32,000 nucleotides of DNA. It comes from Psychrobacter cryohalolentis K5. GTDB lineage: Bacteria; Pseudomonadota; Gammaproteobacteria; Pseudomonadales; Moraxellaceae. Position numbers and translations under genes: made by a program. Of the stretch, positions 8,732 through 17,609 are shown piece after piece (positions within the stretch are counted from its first letter, which is position 1; the number at the start of each line of letters is the position of its first letter). The stretch spans positions 360,001 through 392,000 of the forward strand of contig NC_007969.1 in NCBI RefSeq assembly GCF_000013905.1. Reading direction: 5' to 3'. A model generated the notes under the pieces. That model saw only the letters and a list, made by a program, of their open reading frames with translations, was not told where the DNA came from and searched no databases.

Positions 8732-10333
8732 ATGGATATTATCAGTCATTTGACACGGACAGTCAGTCCAGCGGTACTTGGAGACGATCACAATCCCGCC
8801 AAGAAAAATTTACTTGAACAGTTCTATGCTATTTTTGCGGCGCGTCTAGCAAACAATCAGACCCATGACCGTTTTGCCAATGAAACGATTGCTCGTGATG
8901 ATCAAGGTTTTTATGATCGTGTATGGACAGAAGACGCACATCGCGATCAAATCGCTCGCGAGCTTGCTGGTAAGCATAACGTCGATGTTACGGCTGCTCG
9001 TGGCTTAATTGCCATGGCAGCACCGCTTGCTTATCATGAAATCAAAAGTTTGGCGGGCACGACGCCAGTACCGCAATTTTTAAACGAAAATATTGACAGT
9101 TATCAGCGTCATATTCCCGTATGGGCAACGGCTGTATTGCCTGTTGGCGTGATTGCTGCTGCTCCTGTTTCTACTGGTACACATATATCAGATACTGTGA
9201 GCACCGCGCCGCTACAGCGCGAAGCAGAAAAAGATGGCAGCTTTATGAAGGCGCTGTTACCTATTATTGGATTGATTATTTTAGGGGCTTTAGCTTGGGC
9301 GCTATTAAGAGGCTGTCAAGATAAGCCTGAGCCGGTCGGCAAGCCTGTTGTGACAGAGCAACAAGCCGCGGATAGTGATGGGCAGGCAGTTGCAGGTGAT
9401 ATTACACCAGCATCCTTGCGTATTGCTACTGGTGAAGATAGTGAGCTATATGCATGTCGTATGGATGTGGGTAATGACACGCTACAGAGCAATGTCATGA
9501 CTGCGCTGACTGGCGTGTTTGGTGATGCCGCCAATAATTGCCGTGCAGATGTCGATGATAATTTCTCCATTGATATGCCAGCGACTGCGCAGCTTGCCAC
9601 TATTTTACCTATTTTTAAAAATGTCCCAAATGCCAGTATGTTGGTCAAAGGCGATACGATTACGGTCAATGCTGCTGATACTGCCGCTTTAACCAAATTG
9701 GTATCTGATTTACAAGCTGCTGCGCCAGCGATGACAGTTATTGCTGAAGGTCCACTGAATGAGCAAACTGAGATTGCTGATAGCTTAACAGCGTCTGAGG
9801 CGGCAATGGATAACTTGGGTCAGAACCCCGATCCTCGTGATGTCGCGCGCGCCTTAAGTCTACAAGTGGTCAATTTCGAAGTAGATAAAGCGGTGATTCC
9901 TGACGCCAATAAAGCGCTATTAGATCGCGCTGTGAAGCTAATGGAGCAAGTGCCCAATATGACACTGATGATTATTGGTCACACTGACAAAACAGCAGAT
10001 GCTGCTTATAATCTAAAGCTATCAGAAGAGCGTGCGCAGGCTATGAAGGCGTATTTGGTCGCGCAAGGTGTTGATCCCAGCAAGCTTATGACCAAAGGTA
10101 TGGGTGAGACCGATCCTATAGCGGACAATACGACAGACCAAGGTCGTTTCCGTAACCGCCGTATCGAGTTTGTGGTCTATGACGAAACGGCTACGGCCAA
10201 TGATGGCTTAGCGATTAATAGTGATGCGCTTGATCCAGACCTAAATCCATTAGACAGCGACAACGATGATTTAATGCCAGATGCTGATGATGCTAGCCGT
10301 GGTACAGCATTGGATCCAGCTGCAACCAATTAA
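8732..10333 (+). CDS. OmpA-family (OmpA_C / MotB-like peptidoglycan-binding) single-pass membrane protein
   Basis: The C-terminal OmpA_C signature is present: NFEVDKAVI...IIGHTDKTADAAYNLKLSEERAQAMKAYL...NRRIEFVV. I set the start at ATG 8732, with GAGGAAGGA 5-13 nt upstream. The track start at 8717 is a TTG inside that RBS. Confidence 0.85.
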   Translation: MDIISHLTRTVSPAVLGDDHNPAKKNLLEQFYAIFAARLANNQTHDRFANETIARDDQGFYDRVWTEDAHRDQIARELAGKHNVDVTAARGLIAMAAPLAYHEIKSLAGTTPVPQFLNENIDSYQRHIPVWATAVLPVGVIAAAPVSTGTHISDTVSTAPLQREAEKDGSFMKALLPIIGLIILGALAWALLRGCQDKPEPVGKPVVTEQQAADSDGQAVAGDITPASLRIATGEDSELYACRMDVGNDTLQSNVMTALTGVFGDAANNCRADVDDNFSIDMPATAQLATILPIFKNVPNASMLVKGDTITVNAADTAALTKLVSDLQAAAPAMTVIAEGPLNEQTEIADSLTASEAAMDNLGQNPDPRDVARALSLQVVNFEVDKAVIPDANKALLDRAVKLMEQVPNMTLMIIGHTDKTADAAYNLKLSEERAQAMKAYLVAQGVDPSKLMTKGMGETDPIADNTTDQGRFRNRRIEFVVYDETATANDGLAINSDALDPDLNPLDSDNDDLMPDADDASRGTALDPAATN

Positions 10334-10372
10334 GCGAAGCGTTAAGATACATTGAATTAAACTATAAATTAG

Positions 10373-10404
10373 AAAAACCGCATCTTAATCAAGGTGCGGT
10401 TTTT
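10373..10404. terminator. Bidirectional rho-independent terminator (OmpA-type gene / nagZ)
   Basis: An 11-bp stem AACCGCATCTT / AAGGTGCGGTT (one G-T pair) has the loop AATC and is flanked by A5 and T5. Confidence 0.75.
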
Positions 10405-10448
10405 GTTCTGTATATTCTTCTATATTAAATTAACTTGATTGCCACTTA

Positions 10449-11531
10449 TTAGATGTAACTTGTTGGGTCTCTTAGCTCAAGATTAGCGGATGCCTTAGAG
10501 TCTAATGCAGTAGGAAAGAACGTCTGCGAGATATTTTCTTTTGCTTGTTGCCAATAGTCAAACTGCTGACAAGTCGATTCAAGGTCGCCTTGCCAAGCGG
10601 GTATCTGTCCACACATGGTTTTGATGCGTTTTTGATTGGGATAGGGCAGCTCTTGCGCCGCTTTTGCTGCTTCATGAGCCGCGACGCGATCATTACAAAC
10701 CAAAGCAATATCGCAGCCAGCTTCGATCGCTGCTTTGACGCGCGCACTGACATCACCCGCAGCTTTTGCCCCTGCCATAGACAAGTCATCAGAAAACAAT
10801 ACCCCGTCAAAATTTAGCTGCTCACGAATAATGTCTTTGAGCCAAATCTTAGAAAAACCCGCTGGTTTATTATCTACTTGCGAAAAAATCACATGTGCTG
10901 GCATCAAAGCATCAAGCCAAGGCAACGTTTGCGCAAATGGCTGCATATCACTGTTCATAATCTCATCTAAGCTACGATCATCGATGGCTTCAGCAACATG
11001 CGAGTCGGGGGCTATTGCACCGTGACCAGGGAAATGCTTGCCCGTCGTTGCCATCCCAGCGGCTTTCATACCGCGCATAAATTGTGCTGCCAAAGCAGTG
11101 ATAGCTTGCGGCTCATGGTGGAAGCTGCGATCACCGATAACTTGGCTGATACCATCTCTATCGAGCACCGGTGCAAAGCTTAAATCAATGCCCGCTGCTA
11201 ATACTTCTGATGCCATCAAATAACCACAATCATATGCACAGTCTAGAGCGCGATTGGGGTCTTGGTTAAATAATTCACCAAGTCTTCCCATTGCTGGCAG
11301 TGGCGTAAAACCGTTACGCAATCTGGCAACGCGTCCGCCTTCTTGATCGACCCCAATCAGAATGTCAGCATTGTGACAACGTATATCGTCACACAGCGCG
11401 CGCACTTGGGCGGCATCGGTGACGTTTCTGGCGAATAATATGACCCCACCAACTTGTGCTTGTCTAATTAAGCTGACATCTTCAGCCGTCAGCGCGGTAC
11501 TATCGATATCAATCATTAAAACGCCATACAT
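10449..11531 (-). CDS. nagZ: Beta-N-acetylhexosaminidase (GH3, peptidoglycan recycling)
   Basis: NagZ motifs are present: DQEGGRVARL, GKHFPGHG, FSDDLSMAGA. The size of 360 aa fits. Confidence 0.92.
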   Translation of the reverse strand: MYGVLMIDIDSTALTAEDVSLIRQAQVGGVILFARNVTDAAQVRALCDDIRCHNADILIGVDQEGGRVARLRNGFTPLPAMGRLGELFNQDPNRALDCAYDCGYLMASEVLAAGIDLSFAPVLDRDGISQVIGDRSFHHEPQAITALAAQFMRGMKAAGMATTGKHFPGHGAIAPDSHVAEAIDDRSLDEIMNSDMQPFAQTLPWLDALMPAHVIFSQVDNKPAGFSKIWLKDIIREQLNFDGVLFSDDLSMAGAKAAGDVSARVKAAIEAGCDIALVCNDRVAAHEAAKAAQELPYPNQKRIKTMCGQIPAWQGDLESTCQQFDYWQQAKENISQTFFPTALDSKASANLELRDPTSYI

Positions 11532-12010
11532 TGCGTGATCCTTATGAGGTTATATATTGTTATATGCTACGGTAAACTAAAAAATCATGAGAAATGACAT
11601 CTATTATTCATCGCTATCAGGGGCTTATTATGACAGTAATTACGAGTCCAGCATAATGTATCACGGGAATCCATTGGAAGACATTTTAATACATTGACCG
11701 ATATTCGTTAAATGGATACGTTTGGTTTATGTAGTAGGAAACTTGGTATGAGCGCGCGCAGCGTGTAAGATTGTTTATACAGTTTGAGACAGAGCTATAT
11801 TCATGCCCATGCTAGTATTGATTGGTTTTTTAACGATAAACCCAACATAATCCTTATGCAGATATAAGCTTTTAGTGCTAGCGTAACGCATGGTTTAGTG
11901 TTAAATATAAGAGAGTAAAAATAGCTAGCTTTTATGGACAGCCATTTATAGATATTTTTTGATTTTGCTAAAAACAGAGCATACTTTTCACTTAAAATAA
12001 TTAGGTAGAT

Positions 12011-14224
12011 ATGATGAAAAAACAACCAGCACAGTGGTTACTCAGTGCAGCGTCAGTGGGCATCGCAGGTTTAATTCTTACCCAGAGCTACGGCACTGCA
12101 GTAGCTGATACCAATACCGAAGGTTTTAAACAGACGCCTGAGCAACAGGTTACCACGCGCCAAGTAGCGGCATTGCTGGATCGCAGTCATTATCTTAATC
12201 AGCCACTGGATACAGCGACTGGTAGCGAGATTTTGTCTATGTATATCGATAGTCTCGATCCAAACCATACGTTGTTTTTGCAATCTGATGTTGATGAGTT
12301 TAAGAAAAAGTATGCCGATGAATTTGGTGCGCGTTTAAAGCGTGGTGATTTGTCTACTGGGGTAGAAGTATTTGAGCGCTATCGTAAACGCTCAAATGAG
12401 TATTTTGCCATGGCAAAAAAGATGCTAAAAACGGATATCAATTTGACCAGCAAGGATAACATTGTCCTTGACCGTGAAAAACTCAATCATTTTAAAACCA
12501 AAAAAGAGCAGCGCGACTATTGGGCAAGTCAGTTAAAGTTTCAGTTGATGAGTATTACTTTGGGTAAGGAAGATGAAAAAGCAAAAGAAAAAGTCTTTTT
12601 AGACAACCCAGATATCACGCGTGGTCAAGATTTGGTCCGTAATGATGAGCGCACGCCAAGTGAGATTTTACTAAACCGATTGTCTCGTCAGCAAGAGCAG
12701 TTTACCCGTCTCAAAGATGATGAGATTATGGAAACCATCTTAAACACGGCGATGCTGACCTACGATCCTCACAGTAATTATTACGCGCCAATTCAAGCCA
12801 ATGAGCTGCAAATACAATCTAGCCTACAGTTAGAAGGGATTGGGGTATCTATCCGCCCTGACCGCAAAAACCCAGACTATACCCGTATTGTTACCTTAGT
12901 CGATGGCGGTCCGGCAGCAAAATCCGGTCAAATTAAGCCCAACGATTTAATTATTGGTATTGCCAAAGACGGCGAGACCATGACCGATGTGGTTGGTTGG
13001 TCAACGCGAGAAATCGTCAGTCTGATTCGTGGTAAGCGCGGTACATCGGTGACGATTAAAGTTCGTCAGCCTAATACCCCTGATGCCAGCGCCCGTAATG
13101 TAACCGTGGTTCGAGATATTATTGCACAAGAAGAATCAGGCGTCACTCAGCGTGTTGTTGAAGTTCAGCGTCCAAATATCGATAAAACTCCGAAACGTAT
13201 CGGTGTTCTTGAAATACCAAGCTTTTATTTGAACTACCGAGCCCGCCGTAATGGTGAGGATTATCGTAGTGTCAGTATCGATACCGAAAAAGCATTGAAA
13301 GAGTTAAATAAAAAGAATATCGATGGCTTGGTCGTTGATTTGCGCAATAATCCAGGTGGCTCACTAGATGAAGTTGCCAAGATGCTTGGCTTCTTTATTA
13401 AGAGTGGTCCGCTAGTACAGATTCGTGATAATCGTGGCAATATTCAAGTCTACCGTGATGATGACGGTGGTGAGCAGCTATATGATGGTAAGGTAGTCGT
13501 TTTGACCAATCTTGCATCTGCGTCAGCAAGTGAGATTTTTGCTGCCGCTATCCAAGACTATGGACGTGGCTTGATAGTCGGTAGTACTACAACAGGTAAA
13601 GGCTCAGCGCAAATCCAATTAGACAGCTTGGCGCTTGGTTCTGCGACATTAACGCAGCGTAAATTCTATCGTATCACCGGTGGTAGTACGCAGAATAAAG
13701 GCGTGGTCCCTGATATTGAATTGGTCAACATCTATGACGATGCAACCTTTGGCGAGCGCGCACAGAAAAAGGCGCTGCCTTGGGATACAATTAAGACTGC
13801 ACCGTATAAGCCTGAAGGTAACTTCACGTCGAATACCTTGGCGACGCTAAACCAACAGTCGAAAATCCGCCAACAAAAAAATCCGCAGTTCGTTTATTTA
13901 TCAACGCTCAATGATATCCGTAATATGGAAGATGAGAAAAAACCAGTTGCGCTCGATATCAATAAACGCCGTGCCAAAATGCAGCTAATAGAAAAACGCT
14001 CCCTAGAGGCTGAGAACAAGCGTCAGATTGCAACTGGTGAGCGTCCTTATGCCAACTGGAATACTTATCAAGCGGCAATGGATGCAAAGTTTGAAGAGCG
14101 CAGTCAGATGAAGGCTGCTGAACGTCCAGAGCTACTAGAAGATGAAGCTTTCATTAATGAAGCGGCTTATATTATGCTCAGTGCTGAGCCAACAAAGCTG
14201 AGCAGTCCTGAAGAAAAGCTATAA
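12011..14224 (+). CDS. prc: Carboxy-terminal processing (tail-specific) protease, S41 family
   Basis: The 737-aa protein has a signal peptide, a PDZ region, the S41 core (DLRNNPGGSL, ASASEIFA) and a long Prc-type C-terminal domain. Confidence 0.92.
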   Translation: MMKKQPAQWLLSAASVGIAGLILTQSYGTAVADTNTEGFKQTPEQQVTTRQVAALLDRSHYLNQPLDTATGSEILSMYIDSLDPNHTLFLQSDVDEFKKKYADEFGARLKRGDLSTGVEVFERYRKRSNEYFAMAKKMLKTDINLTSKDNIVLDREKLNHFKTKKEQRDYWASQLKFQLMSITLGKEDEKAKEKVFLDNPDITRGQDLVRNDERTPSEILLNRLSRQQEQFTRLKDDEIMETILNTAMLTYDPHSNYYAPIQANELQIQSSLQLEGIGVSIRPDRKNPDYTRIVTLVDGGPAAKSGQIKPNDLIIGIAKDGETMTDVVGWSTREIVSLIRGKRGTSVTIKVRQPNTPDASARNVTVVRDIIAQEESGVTQRVVEVQRPNIDKTPKRIGVLEIPSFYLNYRARRNGEDYRSVSIDTEKALKELNKKNIDGLVVDLRNNPGGSLDEVAKMLGFFIKSGPLVQIRDNRGNIQVYRDDDGGEQLYDGKVVVLTNLASASASEIFAAAIQDYGRGLIVGSTTTGKGSAQIQLDSLALGSATLTQRKFYRITGGSTQNKGVVPDIELVNIYDDATFGERAQKKALPWDTIKTAPYKPEGNFTSNTLATLNQQSKIRQQKNPQFVYLSTLNDIRNMEDEKKPVALDINKRRAKMQLIEKRSLEAENKRQIATGERPYANWNTYQAAMDAKFEERSQMKAAERPELLEDEAFINEAAYIMLSAEPTKLSSPEEKL

Positions 14225-14277
14225 AAATTATTGTAAACTATTATCTATTCAGCTGCCCAAACTCTACGAAAAATACA

Positions 14278-14295
14278 CGTAAGCATATGCTTACA
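14278..14295. promoter_or_regulatory. GacA/UvrY-type upstream activating palindrome
   Basis: CGTAAG-CATATG-CTTACA matches the TGTAAG-N6-CTTACA consensus at 11 of 12 specified positions. It contains the perfect 16-bp palindrome GTAAGCATATGCTTAC (14279-14294). Confidence 0.55.
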
Positions 14296-14351
14296 AGGAT
14301 TGACGTTTAGACCTCTTACTTAGTATGGGTCAATCTGCGATTATACATCTA

Positions 14352-14555
14352 CGGCACGATTGAACTGAAAGGTTCAGAGGTACTAGGGATTGGTATCTGG
14401 AAAGTCGCATAAGGGATAGGTAGTTTGCTGATTAGGGATGATAGGGCTGGATGCCCGACCGTTATAAAATACTTCGGGATTAAGTATTGAATGACAGTAA
14501 CATGGATGGTTGGTAATAAAAGCCGCATAATGCTAGTCATTATGCGGCTTTGTTA
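14352..14555 (+). ncRNA. Candidate Csr/Rsm-family (CsrB/RsmY/RsmZ-like) CsrA-sequestering small RNA; the 5' end is approximate
   Basis: There is no credible ORF here. Seven GGA motifs lie on the plus strand, four of them as (A/C)GGGAU. GGA sits in the loops of hairpins 14378-14398, 14444-14456 and 14468-14488. A -10-like GATTAT/TATACA lies at 14339-14347, and a 14-bp-stem terminator at 14519-14551 is followed by UUUGUU. Confidence 0.55.
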
Positions 14556-14628
14556 CGTCTGGGCTTCGTGATATTTTAAAGGTCTTAATTTCAAGTAAGT
14601 GCAAATAAAAACCTTTGAATTTGCTCAT

Positions 14629-14660
14629 AAAAAAGGGTCAATAGAAAAATCTACTGACCC
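14629..14660 (-). terminator. Rho-independent terminator of slyD
   Basis: The stem GGGTCAATAG / CTACTGACCC (one mismatch) is followed on the minus strand by T6 (A-run 14629-14634 on the plus strand). Confidence 0.7.
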
Positions 14661-14725
14661 CTTGCAACAAAGGATGGGCTTCATCACTCATTGCTTATGC
14701 ATCTAGCACAATAATCTATAAGAGA

Positions 14726-15211
14726 TTAGTGTTCAACGCCACCTGCGCCATGTACATGACCGTGGTTTAGTTCATCTTCAGTAGCAGCACGTACTTCTTG
14801 GATTTCAACATCAAAAGTCAAACGCTTGCCAGCTAGTGGATGGTTTGCATCAACAGTCACTTCTTTGTCACTGACGGCAGTCACAGTAACTAGCATCACT
14901 TGACCACCAGCTTCTGACTGAAACTGCATACCAGGCTGGATATCTTCAACGCCTTGGAAGTTGTCACGTGGTACATGTTGTACCGCTTGTTCTTGGTATT
15001 CGCCGTAACCATCAGCAGGCTCAACAACAGCATTAACTCTTTCGCCAGCAGATTTACCTTCTAGTTGTTGCTCTAGACCTGGGATGATATTACTGTGACC
15101 ATGCAAATAAGCAAGTGGTTGACCTTCTGGAGATTGGTCAAGGATATTACCTTCGTCGTCTTTTAGCGTGTAGTTGAACTTGACGGCAGTGTCTTTTGCG
15201 ATAGTAGTCAT
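14726..15211 (-). CDS. slyD: FKBP-type peptidyl-prolyl cis-trans isomerase / metallochaperone SlyD
   Basis: It is colinear with E. coli SlyD (LAYLHGHSNIIPGLEQQLEG..., VDANHPLAGKRLTFDVEI..., ELNHGHVHGAGG), with a short His-rich tail. Confidence 0.92.
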   Translation of the reverse strand: MTTIAKDTAVKFNYTLKDDEGNILDQSPEGQPLAYLHGHSNIIPGLEQQLEGKSAGERVNAVVEPADGYGEYQEQAVQHVPRDNFQGVEDIQPGMQFQSEAGGQVMLVTVTAVSDKEVTVDANHPLAGKRLTFDVEIQEVRAATEDELNHGHVHGAGGVEH

Positions 15212-15536
15212 AAATTATCCTAAATATGTTGATATTAAAAATTAAATACGGTTGCAATAAACCTAAAAAAGCCAATCAGCCAGCCAAATAGCCACGTCAT
15301 CAGTTAATTATCATCAGTTTATTAGGGTAACTTTAGCAGTTAGCCTCTTTAATTGCGATAACTCCCATCACTTTCAAGGTTAAAACAACAAAAAATGCCA
15401 ATTAATCGTGTAATTGAGCAGAATAATCCATGTTTTTAGCATATTAACCAAATACTGCGTTGCTGGTTTTAGGTTCGCCAGTTGCGTTTTTGAGCAATGA
15501 CTTCTACCATAGCAATAATTATAAGGATAAAAAAAT

Positions 15537-17483
15537 ATGACTTCACTCTCTCATGCTGCCGATAATCAGCCATCTAATATTAACTACCAATTCGACTTTG
15601 AGCGTTTTTTAGAGCATCTGGTTGATGTCACGCTTAGGTTTACAACAGATACAGACGCGCCAAGCTTATGGCTACCAGCATGGATACCGGGTAGTTATTT
15701 GATGCGTGAATTTGCTCGAAATATCACCGCTGTACATTACGAGATATTGGATAAAGAGTTATCGGATAACCAGATTGCGAATAATAAAAATCCTAAGTGT
15801 TATCGCGCGCAAAAAACTGATAAGCACACATGGCAATTGCCACATGCAAAAGCAGGGCAAACGATAAGTGTATATTACGAAGTATATTGTTATGATTTAT
15901 CGGTACGCACGGCTTATGTCGATCAGCAGCGCTTGTACGGCAATTTTACCTCACTGGCATTGGCAGTTGCTGGGCAAGAGCAATCACCAATCCAAGTTAG
16001 CTTGATGGTACCCGAAGCCTTTTTTATTGATAAAAATAAAGATCAAGTATTACTAGCGTGTGGACTTAAAGCCACACATTTACAAAGCGATCAGCAATAT
16101 TTATATGGTGTGCAAGCGGACAGCTATCACGAACTGATTGATTATCCGTTTGAGATTGCGATACAAGAGAAATTTGATTTTATCATTCAAGATAATCAGC
16201 ATCAGACGCTGAGCCATCAATTTTTCCTCGCAGGTAAGCATAATGCCAATATGGGACGATTGCAGCAAGACCTAACTCGGATCTGCCAGATGTATCTCAA
16301 TTGGTTGGGTGACGCGCCATTTAATGATTATACTTTTATGACTTATGCTAGTGGGCAAGATTATGGCGGCTTGGAGCACATCAATTCGACCAGTTTGATT
16401 ATCCCACGCCGTGATTTACCTCGTATCAATGAGCCAGCACTACCAAGTAGCGATTACCAACGATTTTTAGGCTTGTGTAGTCATGAGTATTTTCATGCGT
16501 GGTGGGTCAAGACAGTTCGTCCCGATGTGATGCTAGATGTGGATTTACGCTGCGAAGCTTTTACACCTTTGCTATGGGTATTTGAAGGCTTTACCTCCTA
16601 TATCGACGATTTTATGCTGCAAGCCTCAGGGGTTATTGATAAGGCAAGCTATCTAAAGTTATTGGCAGAACAAATTAATCGCTATCACCAAACGCCGGGT
16701 CGCGCACAGCAAAGTGTGGCAGAATCGAGCTTTGATGCGTGGATTAAGCTGTATCGCAACGATGAAAATACTGGCAATGCGGGTATCAGTTACTACAATA
16801 AAGGAGCTTTAGTGGCGTTATGTCTTGATTTAACGCTACTAGAAAAAAGCGCGGGACATTATCGTTTATTTGATGTGGTCAAAGCTTTTTATAAACAAGC
16901 GAAGCAAAATGACAATCAGCGCGTCGGGATTAGTAGTGCCGATATGGGGACTGTCATTGGGCAGTTTATGCCAGTAGCGGATTGGGAAGAGTTTGAGCGC
17001 TGCTATGTTAATGGTGTTAAAGAGTTGCCTCTGAAACCGTTGTTAGCCGCTAACGGTATTCAGTTACATAGTAATACCAAAGAGACCGCTGATAAACATG
17101 TACCGTGGGGTATGAGATGTACTGAAACGCCAATGGGACTCAAGGTCAGTAAGGTAGCGCGCGCGAGCGCCGCGGCAAAAGCTGGACTCTCAGCACATGA
17201 TGTTATTATCGCAATTGATGGTATCAAAGCAGATAACAAACAACTAGCGCTATTCAATGATGCATCACACGACATTGAATGCCATTTGTTTCGCCGTGAT
17301 GAGCTGATGACGGTTAAGGTTGTACCGAAAATCGATACAGATGAGTGTGATGGTTTAGATAAAGTCTTTCCACATAGTATTAGCTTGCGTTTAGCAAAGG
17401 CTAATACAGATGATGAAAATAAGATAAATGAATTAAAAACAGAAAGTGCTTGGTTAGATGTGATGAAGGGTGCCCAGTCATAG
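15537..17483 (+). CDS. M61-family (glycyl aminopeptidase-like) zinc metallopeptidase with C-terminal PDZ domain
   Basis: It has the HExxH motif HEYFHAWWVK, a downstream Glu (VFEGFTSY) and a PDZ-like segment (GLSAHDVIIAIDG). AAGGA lies 10 nt upstream of the ATG. Confidence 0.85.
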   Translation: MTSLSHAADNQPSNINYQFDFERFLEHLVDVTLRFTTDTDAPSLWLPAWIPGSYLMREFARNITAVHYEILDKELSDNQIANNKNPKCYRAQKTDKHTWQLPHAKAGQTISVYYEVYCYDLSVRTAYVDQQRLYGNFTSLALAVAGQEQSPIQVSLMVPEAFFIDKNKDQVLLACGLKATHLQSDQQYLYGVQADSYHELIDYPFEIAIQEKFDFIIQDNQHQTLSHQFFLAGKHNANMGRLQQDLTRICQMYLNWLGDAPFNDYTFMTYASGQDYGGLEHINSTSLIIPRRDLPRINEPALPSSDYQRFLGLCSHEYFHAWWVKTVRPDVMLDVDLRCEAFTPLLWVFEGFTSYIDDFMLQASGVIDKASYLKLLAEQINRYHQTPGRAQQSVAESSFDAWIKLYRNDENTGNAGISYYNKGALVALCLDLTLLEKSAGHYRLFDVVKAFYKQAKQNDNQRVGISSADMGTVIGQFMPVADWEEFERCYVNGVKELPLKPLLAANGIQLHSNTKETADKHVPWGMRCTETPMGLKVSKVARASAAAKAGLSAHDVIIAIDGIKADNKQLALFNDASHDIECHLFRRDELMTVKVVPKIDTDECDGLDKVFPHSISLRLAKANTDDENKINELKTESAWLDVMKGAQS

Positions 17484-17551
17484 TGATTTGGCTATCACAC
17501 GTAGTTGAGTGCTCTACAAAGATAGTGGCTACTATAAAATTAGCAGCTATT

Positions 17552-17591
17552 AAAAAGCCCATACTAAACAATGATGCTTAGTATGGGCTTT
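17552..17591. terminator. Bidirectional rho-independent terminator (M61 peptidase / DUF305 gene)
   Basis: A 14-bp perfect stem AAAGCCCATACTAA / TTAGTATGGGCTTT encloses a 10-nt loop. The A/T flanks are stronger for the minus strand. Confidence 0.75.
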
Positions 17592-17609
17592 ATGTTATAC
17601 GCTTAAAAT

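Noticed and set aside
8603-8791. A 62-aa minus-strand ORF overlapping the start of the OmpA-type gene, plus the hairpin ACGCGCT-T-rich loop-AGCGCGT at about 8659-8681.
   Set aside because: The ORF is antisense to a well-supported RBS and start and is compositionally non-coding. The hairpin has a U-rich loop but no trailing U-tract on either strand. It is not a convincing terminator and I can assign it no function.
11764-11781. A second GacA-box-like element, TGTAAG-ATTGTT-TATACA, in the nagZ-prc divergent spacer.
   Set aside because: The left half is perfect but the right half matches only 4 of 6 positions. Downstream sequence on either strand shows no GGA-motif cluster and no terminator before prc or nagZ. 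The few GGA motifs at 11664-11740 lie upstream of it on the plus strand.
11801-12025. A 74-aa minus-strand ORF overlapping the prc start.
   Set aside because: It is an AT-rich, low-complexity translation. It has no RBS and overlaps the prc start codon in antisense.
14349-14540. A 63-aa minus-strand ORF in the prc-slyD spacer.
   Set aside because: It has no RBS and its composition is not protein-like. It lies exactly antisense to the GGA-rich hairpin array and runs into the terminator stem. The sRNA interpretation explains the region better.
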